A stretch of DNA of 63,583 nt, the filler included, from Octopus bimaculoides (taxonomy: Eukaryota): assembly GCF_001194135.2 (NCBI RefSeq). It is 7 parts of 6 records of this genome, joined end to end, with 100 filler letters (N's around TTAATTAATTAA, not from the genome) between each part and the next. Parts side by side here need not be neighbours in the genome. Positions count along the whole stretch, not along the records: positions 8,578 to 19,939 come from NC_068990.1; positions 20,040 to 29,194 come from NC_068984.1; 5 more parts are not named here. One strand, 5' to 3'. Both the position numbers and the translations under genes were made by a program. Each line of letters opens with the position of its first letter. Position 1 is the stretch's first letter. Shown here piece by piece: positions 13,223 through 26,868 of this stretch. Under the pieces are notes generated by a model. The model was not told the origin of the DNA, did no database searches, and worked only from the letters and a program-made list of their open reading frames with translations.

Positions 13223-14120
13223 CATAATGAAAAGAAATATAACAAGTAACTGTAGAATATGTGGAGATCGACAAGAAACAATAAATCATATTATCTCTGG
13301 CTGCCCAGTCCTGGCTAAGAAGGAATATATCCACAGACACGNNNNNNNNNNNNNNNNNNNNNNNNNNNNNNNNNNNNNNNNNNNNNNNNNNNNNNNNNNN
13401 NNNNNNNNNNNNNNNNNNNNNNNNNNNNNNNNNNNNNNNNNNNNNNNNNNNNNNNNNNNNNNNNNNNNNNNNNNNNNNNNNNNNNNNNNNNNNNNNNNNN
13501 NNNNNNNNNNNNNNNNNNNNNNNNNNNNNNNNNNNNNNNNNNNNNNNNNNNNNNNNNNNNNNNNNNNNNNNNNNNNNNNNNNNNNNNNNNNNNNNNNNNN
13601 NNNNNNNNNNNNNNNNNNNNNNNNNNNNNNNNNNNNNNNNNNNNNNNNNNNNNNNNNNNNNNNNNNNNNNNNNNNNNNNNNNNNNNNNNNNNNNNNNNNN
13701 NNNNNNNNNNNNNNNNNNNNNNNNNNNNNNNNNNNNNNNNNNNNNNNNNNNNNNGATGACAACGTTTCTCTAAAAGAAATGGAAAAACTTTCAAAACATT
13801 CAAAATACAAAGACCTGGAAATAGAGATAACTCGAATGTGGAATCTAAAAACAGAAACAATTCCTATCATAGTATAATAAAAAAAATATTCAGACAAATA
13901 CATAACAAAAATAGCAGGACTTACAAATATATATAACATACAGAAAATTGCACTACTGGGTACTGCACACATCCTACACAAAACACTTTCAATACAGTAA
14001 ACATAAGAGCACCACAGCAAACCACAGCACATACCCAAGGCGCACAGAGCTGCGCTCGGTAGTGAAGTGAAAGCACGTTATAAAAATAAAACTACTGAAT
14101 AATAATAATAATAATAATAA
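13222..14120 (+). mobile_element. Third R4/Dong-type LINE 3' fragment spanning a gap, (TAA)n tail
   Basis: Motifs CRICGDRQETINHIISGCPVLAKKEYIHRH, KYKDLEIEITRMW and ALLGTAHILHKTLSIQ*. TAA tract at about 14098-14120. Confidence 0.88.
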
Positions 14121-14490
14121 TCTTTTCTACTCTAGGCGCAAGGCCCGAAATTTTTGGAGAGGGGGCCAGTCGATTAGATCGGCGGAATTTGAACTCAGAA
14201 CGTAAAGACAGACAAAATACCGTTAAGCACGTCACCCGGTGTGCTAACGTTTATTATTTCTTTATTGTCTACAAGGGGCTAAACACAGAGGGGACACACA
14301 AGGACAGACAAAGCGATTAAGTCGATTACATCGACTCCAGTACGTAATTGGTACTTAATTTATCAACTCCGAAAGGATGAAAGGCAAAATCGACCTCGGT
14401 GGAATTTGAACTCAGAACGTAACGGCAGATGAAATACCGCTAAGCATTTCGCCCGGCGTGCTAATGTTTCTGCCAGCTCGCAGCCTTAAC
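14120..14490 (-). mobile_element. SINE family C, one full and one partial copy
   Basis: Reverse complement of ggcgagctggcagaa…ttctgagttcaaattcc…gtcgataaattaagtacc. Confidence 0.85.
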
Positions 14491-16444
14491 AACAACAACA
14501 ACAACAACAACAATAATAATAATGAAAAGCAAGGATGATGAATAAATATTATCCCAGTATTATGGAGTTGGGCTAAGTAGAAATACTGCTACTTGATGGT
14601 GTTTAGGTATGTATTAACTTACCGAATACTTCAGAGTCATATATAGGAGGCACCTTTATTTTTTGGGATGGTTGGAATAGGTAGATTTTATAATCCTCAA
14701 ATATGTAATGTAGAATCTGTAATATTTGTTAATAAGACCTATTCTTCTCAGAGTAGAATAGACTGAGATCTTGTGCTCTTCATACGTTTCTCTAAAAGTC
14801 ATTAATGACGTAAATGCAATAGAGACGATATAGGTCGACGAATTGGCTTAGCTAGGTGCTTTTTTCTTCTTTATCTTCCCTGTATCAACCACCACAGGAA
14901 GTTTAGCTCCAACAACGTGGCAATATTCCTACTTTCCCGTGGTGTTAAACAGAACGACTCAGCAACAACTCATAAGGGCAATAAATCTAGACGTCGTTAC
15001 AAATGGCGGTTTTAAAACATAAAGAAGCAGAAGCTAGTATTGGAACTACTCCAGAAACTACATAAAAATTACACCACACTTTCCAAACCAATAAAGGTGT
15101 CTCTACATGGTCGAAGTAGCAAGAAATGTTGCTAGAAAAAGCAGCTAAATCTCCCTCAGACCACACACTTCCGTTTTCTTTAAAGAGGGACATGACGTGT
15201 GACGGATACGAAAGAGGATGAAATGGCCAAAAATGGAATGGTCAAAGGTGGAATAGTCAATGTGAAATATACTTTGTTATGTGTCTGCTTGATCAGGACA
15301 AACGGATCGAGAATAACAGTAATCCCCATATTTATACATATTTATACTAATATTCCAGACTTTGTTATCAGATCCTCATCAAAGTATTTTTTAAATTCTG
15401 TTGACTGTAATGACATTCTTAGAAAACTGGTTTTCATGTAGTGATTCTTGGAAAATTTATTCTAAAGTGGACAGTCTCCAGGCCCACAGAAAGACTTGGC
15501 CCTCCAAGCCAATTAATCATTTCTTAAGTGCACAATGTTGTCACTGTTGTTTAAATTTGTGAGTTGCTTCTATTTACAGCTATGTGGACAGAACTATTTG
15601 GTCTTTAATTGACTGGTGATTGAAACAAATATATATCAATGGCAAAATATGCGATCCCTCGAATGGTTATCTATTATCTTATCTACCCTGCCATCCGTGC
15701 CCTCGGACTGCAATACATTAAAACATCAAATACAACGATATATCAAGGCTATAGCACCCTAATATTTAATGTGACCCTCTTCAACAATTGTTGTCAGACC
15801 AAACAATCTCGGGTGGTTATTTATCTCTTCCTAACAAGAATAGCAATAATGACGACGCTGACGATGACGACAACAACAATAACAACAGCCACGTAACATT
15901 TGAACCATCAATAATTCATTGAAGCAGAATACCCTCTAACCAATGAAAAAGCCTTTATCTAGTCGCTCGATCTGTGCTAGACAAAGCAGTCAAATATTCC
16001 TCAAATTTTTACCTTGTTTTTTTTGGTTTTTTAAATGAAGGAAGGTAACATTAGATAACGGGGTACTACATAACCGTGAGCAGACGAGATAACTAAGACT
16101 GAAATGCCTTTGATCATTTTCCAGCTCGACGAAACAATAACAGTAAGGACCAGTCATAAATCAGACCTCTATACATGATGCCGCAGAAATACCGCCCATA
16201 TTTTATGCACCCAATGATGTAGGACTTGTGAACTTGGGCTGGGGGTAATCGCTGATTCATGTTAAGTTTTATTGTTCATTTTTGTTCATTTACCATTATG
16301 GTTCAGACTGTTGCACCAGCTATCGATTTATTTGCATAATTCATAAAAGAGCAACATTTTGTGATTCCAGTAGATCTGTGGTCGTAATTTTGGCAAGCCT
16401 CAATTCTAAGTTTAAGAATTTGATCTCAGAATACAACACAACAG

Positions 16445-16576
16445 ATGGTAAGACATTTTGTTCAATATTTTCTGCTAATGGTAAGGCATTTAGTTCAATA
16501 TTTTCTGCTAATGGTAAGGCATTTAGCTCAATATTTTCTGCTAATGGTGAGGCATTTAGTTCAATATTTTCTGCTA
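16445..16576. repeat. Minisatellite, 4 x 33 bp
   Basis: The unit atggtaaggcatttagttcaatattttctgcta starts at 16445, 16478, 16511 and 16544. Confidence 0.95.
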
Positions 16577-16871
16577 ATTTCTGCTAATTTCTGCCTTACA
16601 TATTGAAATATATAATCCCTACTGAATCTATTACAAAAAGGTTTGCATTGAAAGATCTCTCTGATAAAAGACGTTTGTTGTTTAATCGGAAATTAATGTT
16701 CCATCTTCTGATTACTATTGCAGATAATCCTCTTCCGAGAGGGAAATTAAAAATAATTTTTTTTTAAAGATCAAAGATTTTCTCTCCACCTTTTTATATA
16801 AAAATGTCACGAATTTTGCAAAAATCTGTTAAAAAGCGAATAAGTAGTCTTTACAAGTAATAGATTTAAAT

Positions 16872-16905
<34 letters not shown>

Positions 16906-16924
16906 TGTATGTATGTGTCTCTTC

Positions 16925-18536
16925 TATTTTTTAATTATTATAAATCTTCCTCTGAGGAGGGAGCCGGTTTCCAACATAGATACAAGGCTCCATCTTTGGG
17001 ATGTAGTTAGCGCATTTAGGACTTAAGAAAAGTCTTGCATATATTTATTGTTCAATTCGTCGGTCGATTTCTCTTTCTGAAAATCTCAGTTTATCTAGAT
17101 TCTCCTTTAAGCATTTACTAACAAGACCTAATGCTTCAATTATTATTGGCATGAATACGAATTCATAGTCTGGATATAGAAGCTGGAGGTTCCGAAACAG
17201 TTGTCCATAGATATCCTCTTTTTCTTTGATTTTCAAAGAGATATTTGTATCTGCAGGGCAGCTGACCGCTATGATAGTACTTACCTTTGCCCCCCCCCCT
17301 GTCCCACACGACAATATCCGGCCTGTTATGGTTACATTTGACAGAAGTTTTGATGGGAATATTCCACCAGTATTCCTTGAGTTGGTGTTTATGAATGTAT
17401 TTCATAACAGAGGGATTTTCTAAGTTTATTTCAGGACAGTCTTTTTTGCGGATAGCATTGTAAATTGTTTTAGCAACAACATCGTGCCGCATAGGGAGGT
17501 AGTACCATGACGACATTTTAGGACAGCTGCTAATCACATGCATGATGTTTTCCACAGAAATATGACATAACCTACACATGCGGTTGCACATTGGGATTAC
17601 AAGAGCGTCACAGTCTCACTTGTTCATCATGTACTTTCTGCCAGTCTCCTGTTCCTGGATTGCAAACGCATAGCCCTCAAAGTGTGATGTGATGTAATCG
17701 TCTTGTGTCCAAGAGAGGCTGCACTTCGTGTCAATTCTACCGTCTTCTTCAAGCTTCCGGGCAACATACCCATGCATAGTCTTTTTTTAGTTTTTTGAAT
17801 GCTGAGTGATTTCCATCCAGGTCTTCTCTGAGGGAAGAGAGCCCAGCTCTTTTGGGGCTATATAGGAGATCATCAAGAAGAGAGTGTTTCTTGAGGAGCT
17901 CACTGCCAACTCGTACAATGTCACTCACTTCACTTTTCAGCACTGCATTTATATATTTATTCTTGCTACTGTTGTTTAGCAGGTGCTGCCTAAGTGACAC
18001 CATATGGTATTCGAAGGCCGTCTGCACTGATCTCAGGCCACGATAAATGTAATAATTCTGGGGTCGCAGGAAAGAGCATCAAGAAGTGAGGAGTTCATCA
18101 CCGGATATTATTCACTTCACTTCTAACCACTTGGCAAGTGCATATACTTTTCGCTGCTGTTGCTTAGCAATTACCATTCGATTGATACCATACGGCACTC
18201 AGATATGATCTAAGTAACACCATTCGGCACTCAAAAGCAGACTGGACTGATTTTAACCCTCTTATGTACTCTTCTACAATATCTCCATTTATGTTGAAGC
18301 GTCGGTCAAGTGGCTGAAATATTGCCATCAAATCTGGTAATACGACGAGAATACAATGAGTAATACAATAAGATCTGGTAAAACAAGTGCATCATGGGAT
18401 AACTGCCATATTTTTTGAAGTCTGGTAAAATACTCTTTGACTACTGTATCTTTGTTCCTTACCATCGTTCACAGTACCATTTCATGACATATTTTCTTCA
18501 ATGCCCAGGTATTTTTAGCACTCATTGAAGGCATCA
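16925..18536 (-). mobile_element. Decayed REL-type non-LTR retrotransposon, distinct family, reverse orientation
   Basis: On the minus strand: KYLGIEEN, CRLCHISVENIMHVISSC...RHDVVA, WWNIPI...RPDIVVWD and PIIIEALG. Confidence 0.85.
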
Positions 18537-19002
18537 TCGAAAATAGAAATGCAAAGATCCTATGGGATTTTATGATTCAGTGCGACCATGAGATAGACAA
18601 TAGTAAGCCGGACATAGTCTTAATTGAGAAAGAAAACAAACTATGGTGGGTCATAGATACAGCATGCCCAGCTGACAACAAGGTATGTGATAAGGAAAAA
18701 AGAAAAGTCGAGGAATATGACAGGTTAGCTTGGGAAGTTAAGCAGTTGTGGTCGATGAAAAAGGTAGCAGTAGTGCCAATAATTGTCGGAGCCCTGGGAA
18801 CAGTGAGCAAAAAGCTCGAGAAGTACGTGGAACAAATAGGGGCTGCAATAAGGGTAGAGCACTTGCAGAAAACAGCACTGCTTGGAACCGCTCGAATACT
18901 CCGGAAGGTGCTCGAAAAATAAAAGGTGCTACCTCAGTTCACTGATAGTGGACAGCTAACACTATAGTACATCTCCAGCGTTAGAAGCTGTGCAAAGGCA
19001 AA

Positions 19003-19077
<75 letters not shown>
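18537..19077 (+). mobile_element. Fourth R4/Dong-type LINE 3' fragment (REL domain) with (TAA)n tail
   Basis: Motifs KILWDFMIQCDHEIDNSKPDIVLIEK and PIIVGALG...ALLGTARILRKVLEK*. TAA tract at about 19002-19077. Confidence 0.9.
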
Positions 19078-19682
19078 CCTTTCTACTAAAGCACAAGCCT
19101 GAAATTTGTGGGGAGGGGACTAGTCGATTACATCTAATGTTTTACTGGTACTGAATGCATCGACCCCGAAAGGATGAAAAGCAAAGTCTAACCTCGAATA
19201 ATAATGGCTTCAAATTTTGATACAAGGTCAACAAGTTTGGGATTTTGATTACATGGAGCCCTGTGCTGAACTGGTACTTATTTCATCCTCCTCAAAAGAA
19301 TGAAAGCTAAAGTCGATTCCGGCGGTATTTGAACTTAGAACGGAGGAGGAGATAACGATTCTGCCAGCTCACCCCCTTACAATATATTAATAATAATAAT
19401 AACTACGCTAGAAAAATGATTTTAAGATTTTTATTTAAAATTACAGCTTAGAATCTAGATAGTACCGTAAGAATACAAAGAATTGATTGAACTATGAAAT
19501 GATCGAAGATTATCAAAAGTTGTTGATCAGTAGTGATGAAAACAAAAGAAAAGATTCATGTGAGAGTTTGTTGAAAACACTAATTCTAATTTGTTTAACA
19601 ATAACAAACAAACAAAAAATCTAGGAAATTTGAAAAACATTTATTCTGGTTTGGGGATAACATTAAATTTCTTAGAATACAC

Positions 19683-19724
<42 letters not shown>

Positions 19725-19939
19725 TCACAACACGAATAAGAACGAAATCTTATTAGACGAAGTATTTGCCGATATGCGTAAAACCTGATCAAGTTAGAAT
19801 TAAATAGTGTCGCACGAAGCAATGTTAAATATGAAATATTTGTGTACATCATGCATATTTTATATACCATTTTATATAAATACTTTATTACTTAAGTTTA
19901 ATACGCTTTTGTTCTCACTAATGGATAACTAATGGATAT

Positions 19940-20039
19940 NNNNNNNNNNNNNNNNNNNNNNNNNNNNNNNNNNNNNNNNNNNNTTAATTAATTAANNNNN
20001 NNNNNNNNNNNNNNNNNNNNNNNNNNNNNNNNNNNNNNN
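19940..20039. other. Artificial scaffold spacer
   Basis: Same 44/12/44 layout. Confidence 0.97.
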
Positions 20040-20809
20040 CACTTTAGTTCATAGATCTAGTAAGTTCTTTGTTAACTTGGGTGGGGAGATTTGAAAAAAA
20101 ACATTCCTTGTTAACTTTTTTGGAGAACTTTCTCGCATTCGCTGTCAAACAGATCTGAGGATTTGGAGCTCTGTGATTCTATATATGTACCTGGCAAAGA
20201 TCATGTTTTACAAGCTATTCTGAAAACATTGAAAGTTTACAATATACTCAGATGTGTCTAAAATAAGTTGAAAGCCAAAGAATATATTATAGGCGCAGTT
20301 GCTTTTATGAATATACTTTCTTTTATCGAGTATACATTTACTGTTAACCAATTTAAACGTTAAGTATGGAATATCATTTTCAACACTCTCTTGGAATTTA
20401 AGGTCAATTTATTACATCGTAGTAACCGGTTACCTGTGCCTTCCAGATTTAATTGATGCAAATACATCCAAGCTATCGTTCAGATCTGGTTTCGTTTGAA
20501 TTATGTTTTAAGCAGGATAAGGAAGAGATCAAAGACCCGTACAGAATTATCCTTTCACGCAGGAAAAGGACTAATCTTTAATGATGATACATTTGATTAT
20601 AGTAATTTCTCAAGTGTGAAGATTGTAATCAGTAATTTCAAGGCGCCAATATCCAACCATACAGGTATATTTCACTCTTCAGAAGTTGTTTTATGTTATT
20701 TTGATAATAACACCGTGTGACAAAATTATTATAATTTTTTTTTGTTTTTGTTTTTAGTCAGTGAGTGTTATTTCTATTTGCTGTTACGAAGAGATCAAAG
20801 GAAATGACT

Positions 20810-21125
20810 ACTATTCCCTGCAAACTTTGCTTTTGTGACCTGGTCATCAATGTTTTGAAAGTGACTTATTTTCCACTACATTTCAGACAGATTCAACGCT
20901 GAGTCCCTGAAGTAGAAATATCGTTATAGCAAATATTCTGTTCAATGCCACAGATTTGCTTGTCAATTGTTTGGCCATAACCACATGGGCATATCTTTTT
21001 GTGGCTGACAATACGTGCATTGCTAATCCTGATCATGAGCACATAACCATGTATTTAGAGGGATTCTTTGGGGTTTGAATAAATGTAACAAAAGCAAAGT
21101 TTGAAGGAAGTATTAGCCATTCTTC
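20810..21125. mobile_element. MITE with about 40-bp TIRs; a partial internal copy lies at about 21645-21803
   Basis: TIRs are ggaaatgactactattccctgcaaactttgcttttgtgac and gtaacaaaagcaaagtttgaaggaagtattagccattc. The internal cagatttgcttgtcaattgttt recurs at about 21670. Confidence 0.7.
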
Positions 21126-21520
21126 ATACTTTCCCTGGTATCTAAGCTTCATAGCTTAGATACCAAATTCCAAAAATTGAAGAGAACTGCCCATATCTTA
21201 CGTAAAATATTGTCTATGTAATCCCCCAAATATTTCAATCCGTAAATAGTGTCAAGATACTTTAAAATGTATACACATTTTACTGTCATCTTAATATCAG
21301 ACTATCATCTTATAATCAATTCACCTTTAAAGCGAACTTCCAATTTAGTTATGCTTTTACAGACATTCTCTAGAACAATGCTCTGTACAAAACCAAATAT
21401 ATGGCACCCTAATCATAATATCAACTTGAACTTCTAACTTGTCTCTTGAGGTCTCTGGGCGAAACTTGCAGTCAACTTGTAAAAATACAAAGCAAAAGCC
21501 AAACATATAATAACAACAAC

Positions 21521-21571
<51 letters not shown>

Positions 21572-21803
21572 CAGGAACTGGCTGTCATGACTTCTAATCT
21601 CGACTGATTGGAAATGTTACAATCTACATGTTTTGTCTTATATTCTGCAAATATTCTGCTCAATACAACAGATTTGCTTGTCAATTGTTTGACCTTAACC
21701 AGTTGTGTATGTCCCTTGGTGGCTGACGATATGAGCATCTCTGATTACAAGCGGAAGTAGTGGGGGAGCATCATAGCCATGTGTTGAGCAGAATTCTTTG
21801 GGA

Positions 21804-22625
21804 TACTGCCCACAAGGGGCTACACACAGAGGGGACAAACAAGGACAGACAAACGGATTAAGTCGATTATATCGACCCCAGTGTGTAACTGGTACTTATT
21901 TAATCGACCCCGAAAAGATGAAAGGCAAAGTCGACCTCGGTGGAATTTGAACTCAAAACGTAAAGACAGACGAAATACCGCTAAGCATTTCGCCCGGTGT
22001 GTTAACCTTTCTTATTTCTTTACTGCCCACAAGGGGCTACACACAGAGGGGACAAACAAGGACAGACAAACGGATTAAGTCGATTATATCGACCCCAGTG
22101 CGTAACTGGTACTTATTTAATCGACCACGAAAAGATGAAAGGCAAAGTCGACCTCGGTGGAATTTGAACTCAGAACATAAAGACAGACGAAATACCGCTA
22201 AGCTTTTCGCTNNNNNNNNNNNNNNNNNNNNNNNNNNNNNNNNNNNNNNNNNNNNNNNNNNNNNNNNNNNNNNNNNNNNNNNNNNNNNNNNNNNNNNNNN
22301 NNNNNNNNNNNNNNNNNNNNNNNNNNNNNNNNNNNNNNNNNNNNNNNNNNNNNNNNNNNNNNNNNNNNNNNNNNNNNNNNNNNNNNNNNNNNNNNGATAC
22401 TGCCCACAAGGGGCTACACACAGAGGGGACAAACAAGGACAGACAAACGGATTAAGTCGATTATATCGACCCCAGTGCGTAACTGGTACTTATTTAATCG
22501 ACCACGAAAAGATGAAAGGCAAAGTCGACCTCGGTGGAATTTGAACTCAGAACATAAAGACAGACGAAATACCGCTAAGCTTTTCGCTGGGCGTGCTAAC
22601 GTTTCTGCCAGTTCACCGCCTTTAA
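21804..22625 (-). mobile_element. Tandem array of SINE family C units (217-nt period), interrupted by a gap
   Basis: The unit tactgcccacaaggggctac starts at 21804, 22021 and 22398. Confidence 0.88.
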
Positions 22626-22878
22626 TAATGATAATAATAACAATAGCAACAACAACAATTTGAAATATCCTATTTAAAGTATCTATGAAATAGTTTGTCG
22701 CAATTGGTCACTAAGAAACTAAAAACTAAATAGTAAAAAAAGAAAAAAATTCAAGATACGTAATCAGGGACTGTAAGAGTGGTGTTTTCAGTGGGTACAA
22801 CTGTTCAGGTCCCGGAAAACTAAGAACAGACCCCTAAATATCTGATAGAGCACACACACCCACACACACACACACACA

Positions 22879-22930
<52 letters not shown>

Positions 22931-24265
22931 TAAAAGATTATGTACATTCCTTAGATTTTGGAAGGGGTCCCTTTACTCGAGGACTCGTTGCAAATTTTCT
23001 CTAGGAGGCCATCTTGGCAGACTCTACAGAAGCTTGAGCGTGTAGCCTGATGGAAGAGATTTAGTGGTCATTTAGGCTCAACTCAGCACTGATCGAGCAG
23101 AACTATGATCAAAGTCTTTCCACTAATTAGTAGTTGCTATACCATCTTCATTATCTAGAACTACATTGCCCAATCAAGCATCAAAAATAAAACAAGAATT
23201 TCCAATGCTTGAAAGTGTGAGAACTTAGCAATATCCAATAAATACACTGGAAACATTTAAGTTTTAAAAGAATTCTTACACTTACTATAACTTCAAATAC
23301 TTTTAAACTAAAGAATTATGTTAGACAATATATCTAAACAAACTTCTTTTGGTCATCCAACTAGAAACTAATTTACGTTCTAGTAAAAGAAGCAAGATAT
23401 CTCTTGTCTGCTACATGCACACATATTTGCATGTGATTAGGAATGGATATTTCTGAGAAATTATTTATCCTTGAAGTGAATTAAAGTGAATGATTCCATT
23501 ATAGTAATTTTACAGTTTCATGGTTTGAGATGAAGACGAAACAGCAAAAACAAAATTTTAAATATTTAAAGAATTTTTAAACAACAGCATACAAAAAGAA
23601 AAAAAAATTAGAATTCCACTTTAAAACAAATATTGACTTTATATTCCATTTAGAAATATTTCTGAATACCTGTTGGCTTTAAAATGAATCCAGACAATTC
23701 TTTTTCACTTTTAATATAAGAGATAAAATTACAAAGGAAATTACATATTTGAATTGTTAAGATGAATATTTTGAGGAGAGTAATTTAACGTTTCCGGATT
23801 ATTAAGTTAATCTTTTTGTGTAGAATTTCTTTGACACAGATAGATCAACGAACAGGACAAAGATAAGAACAATATGAATTCAATAGTCCGGAAATTTTAA
23901 ATGACTTCTTGGATGCAATATTTGTTTTTAAATATCAGCTTAGAAGCATAAATATCTGACTACGCAACGGAAAAAAATAGGAGATAGCTGATCGTTGATA
24001 GTTCATCTTAATCGTTTGATAATATAAAGTCGATACCTGTACGGAATTATTTCAGGGTAGAGTTGATTGTTGTACAACAGCAATCCAACAGGATTTGCTA
24101 TAAGAACCAGGTGTCAGATCCAATTCTCTTCTAATATCTATAAACATCGATCGATGTTAGTCTGTCTTGAAACAACGTCGCTGCCGTTTCTCAACCAATC
24201 TTTAGCAAATTTTAAATGGAGATCCAGATACAGTTGAGAATAATACATGAAATAAAATGATAATG

Positions 24266-24312
<47 letters not shown>

Positions 24313-24861
24313 CTCAGGTCCGAGGTCTTCTTTGATCAAAATAGAGTTGAGTTAGGAAAAGAGATGTTAGAAAAACGACTGAACGTTATAATGTAGTAGT
24401 AGCTAATAGGAGTGTTATCTTCAGTTTCTAATGTGAATGTGTGTATGTATGTATGTATGTAAAGGAAGAACGTTTAACTTACGGATTTGAACGATAAAGA
24501 ACCTTTAAAAATCATCTAATTTTTAAAATGAATATCCTCGTGAAAGCAGAAATGTTTCACTTCGATGTAAACTATATCACAATAAACATGTTATAGACAT
24601 GTTTCACATTGAGTAGAAAAGTCACCGATGTTTGTCACAAGAGACATCTAGATGTTCCTGAAGTTTAAAAGATATAATTAGCCTTGACAGAGAAAAAGAA
24701 AGGCCTTACTAATGTTCGAGTATCTTGAATTTAACACGTTAAATATTTTATTCTTTGACGAATTTTAAAATAGATGGTGTATTTAGTAATGCTTATTCCT
24801 GCAGAATTTCTTTCCCTTTTTGTTTCGTTTCTATAACGAACCATGAAGTCAAATACTTTTT

Positions 24862-25080
24862 TACACTTTTACTTGTTTCAGTCATTTAACTGCAGCCATG
24901 CTGGAGCACCGCCTTTATAGTCGAGGAGATTGACCCCAGAGCTTATTCTTTGTAAGCTTAGTACTTATTCTATCGGTCTCTTTTGCCGAACCGCTAAGTT
25001 ACGGGGACGTAAACACACCAGCATCGGTTGTCAAGCAATGCTGGGGGGGGACAAATAGACACACAAACACACGCATACAC
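24862..25080 (-). mobile_element. SINE family B 3' body, running into a gap
   Basis: Near-identical to 2388-2600. Confidence 0.88.
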
Positions 25081-25799
25081 NNNNNNNNNNNNNNNNNNNN
25101 NNNNNNNNNNNNNNNNNNNNNNNNNNNNNNNNNNNNNNNNNNNNNNNNNNNNNNNNNNNNNNNNNNNNNNNNNNNNNNNNNNNNNNNNNNNNNNNNNNNN
25201 NNNNNNNNNNNNNNNNNNNNNNNNNNNNNNNNNNNNNNNNNNNNNNNNNNNNNNNNNNNNNNNNNNNNNNNNNNNNNNNNNNNNNNNNNNNNNNNNNNNN
25301 NNNNNNNNNNNNNNNNNNNNNNNNNNNNNNNNNNNNNNNNNNNNNNNNNNNNNNNNNNNNNNNNNNNNNNNNNNNNNNNNNNNNNNNNNNNNNNNNNNNN
25401 NNNNNNNNNNNNNNNNNNNNNNNNNNNNNNNNNNNNNNNNNNNNNNNNNNNNNNNNNNNNNNNNNNNNNNNNNNNNNNNNNNNNNNNNNNNNNNNNNNNN
25501 NNNNNNNNNNNNNNNNNNNNNNNNNNNNNNNNNNNNNNNNNNNNNNNNNNNNNNNNNNNNNNNNNNNNNNNNNNNNNNNNNNNNNNNNNNNNNNNNNNNN
25601 NNNNNNNNNNNNNNNNNNNNNNNNNNNNNNNNNNNNNNNNNNNNNNNNNNNNNNNNNNNNNNNNNNNNNNNNNNNNNNNNNNNNNNNNNNNNNNNNNNNN
25701 NNNNNNNNNNNNNNNNNNNNNNNNNNNNNNNNNNNNNNNNNNNNNNNNNNNNNNNNNNNNNNNNNNNNNNNNNNNNNNNNNNNNNNNNNNNNNNNNCTC

Positions 25800-26235
25800 C
25801 TCCACCTGATATAGTCCAATCAAGAGTTTTGATGGCACATCTGGTGTATAAGAGAATTTGACATCGCTGCCCTAAACTGTGTCTCATTTCGAGCCATTGG
25901 TTCGTCTGGTATCGTGGAGAGGAAAGCGTCGAGTTTTGTCTTGAAGACCTCTATATCCATGTCTTGCAGGTCTCTCAAATGTTTTGGCAGGGCATTAAAG
26001 AGCTGAGGTCCTCTGAAACCGAGGCTGTTGCAGTACCTTGTTCTTATGTGAGATGCAATGGACGGTACTCTTGGTACCATGCAGTGGCGACCTGTGCGGG
26101 CATTCTTGCAGTACTTGATGCCAAAGTTTGGTACCAGTCCTTCCAGTATTTTCCAGGACTTAGTGGCATTTTTTCCGGCTCTTTATGTTGGGTTCAAATG
26201 CCACGAAGGACGACTTTACCTTTTATTCTTTAGTT
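25800..26235 (-). mobile_element. CR1/L2-group LINE 3' coding fragment
   Basis: Reads NSLGFRGPQLFNALPKHLRDL...FKTKLDAFLSTIPDEP...RAAMSNSL, a typical post-RT C-terminus. Confidence 0.75.
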
Positions 26236-26868
26236 GTCAATAAAATAAAGTAGTACCAGTCAAGCACCGGAATCGAGGTTATCGACTTACCCCTCCACTC
26301 AAAATTGCTGGCCTTGTACCAAAATTAGAAAGAATATATACGGTAAGTTTTTGTAGTTTCTGTCTGCTAAATTTCATTCCCAAGTTATCGACCAATAGTC
26401 GACATTAAATCAATGCTTCTTTTCAGTGTTTAGGTGGAAACCGTCTCTTATTGTGCCGAAAGCACAAATTACTATAGTATCACTTCGCATTAAATATTTC
26501 TTGCATAATTTTAATATCTTTCACGGATCTCTGAATTTCTCTTTTGATATCTCGTTAATATGACGTAAGTATTTCTTAAGACTGGTGCACTTCAATATCT
26601 GTTGCTTACCACATCTATTGTATTTGGTCGGTCCGTTTGTATTAAATCGTCTCCTCACTTTAAAATATTTCTTCACAGTTATAATCATAAGTATGATTTG
26701 AACTTCCAAAAGTTGAACAACACTTGAAAATTCATTGCATCTTATCTTCATTTCAAAGCAAGTGTCGCGACAAGGGGTTGTTTGTTGTCTGTTCTGCAGT
26801 GAAATGTCGTCACCATCGTTTGTAACGTGTTAACCGCATACTTTACGCTTGTATTATTCCATACTATT

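Noticed and set aside
16445-16576. CRISPR-like 33-bp repeats
   Set aside because: The units are directly adjacent with no spacers, there are no cas genes, and the context is eukaryotic.
20430-20720. Possible minus-strand exon ending at CACAG|gtaacc
   Set aside because: All three frames have nearby stops and the acceptor is weak.
24540-24660. Tandem GAAACAT(G/T)TC motifs on the minus strand
   Set aside because: The CUGANGA cores are too degenerate (CTTGTGA, TTGTGA) and stem I is missing. A very old HHR relic cannot be excluded, but it is unsupported.
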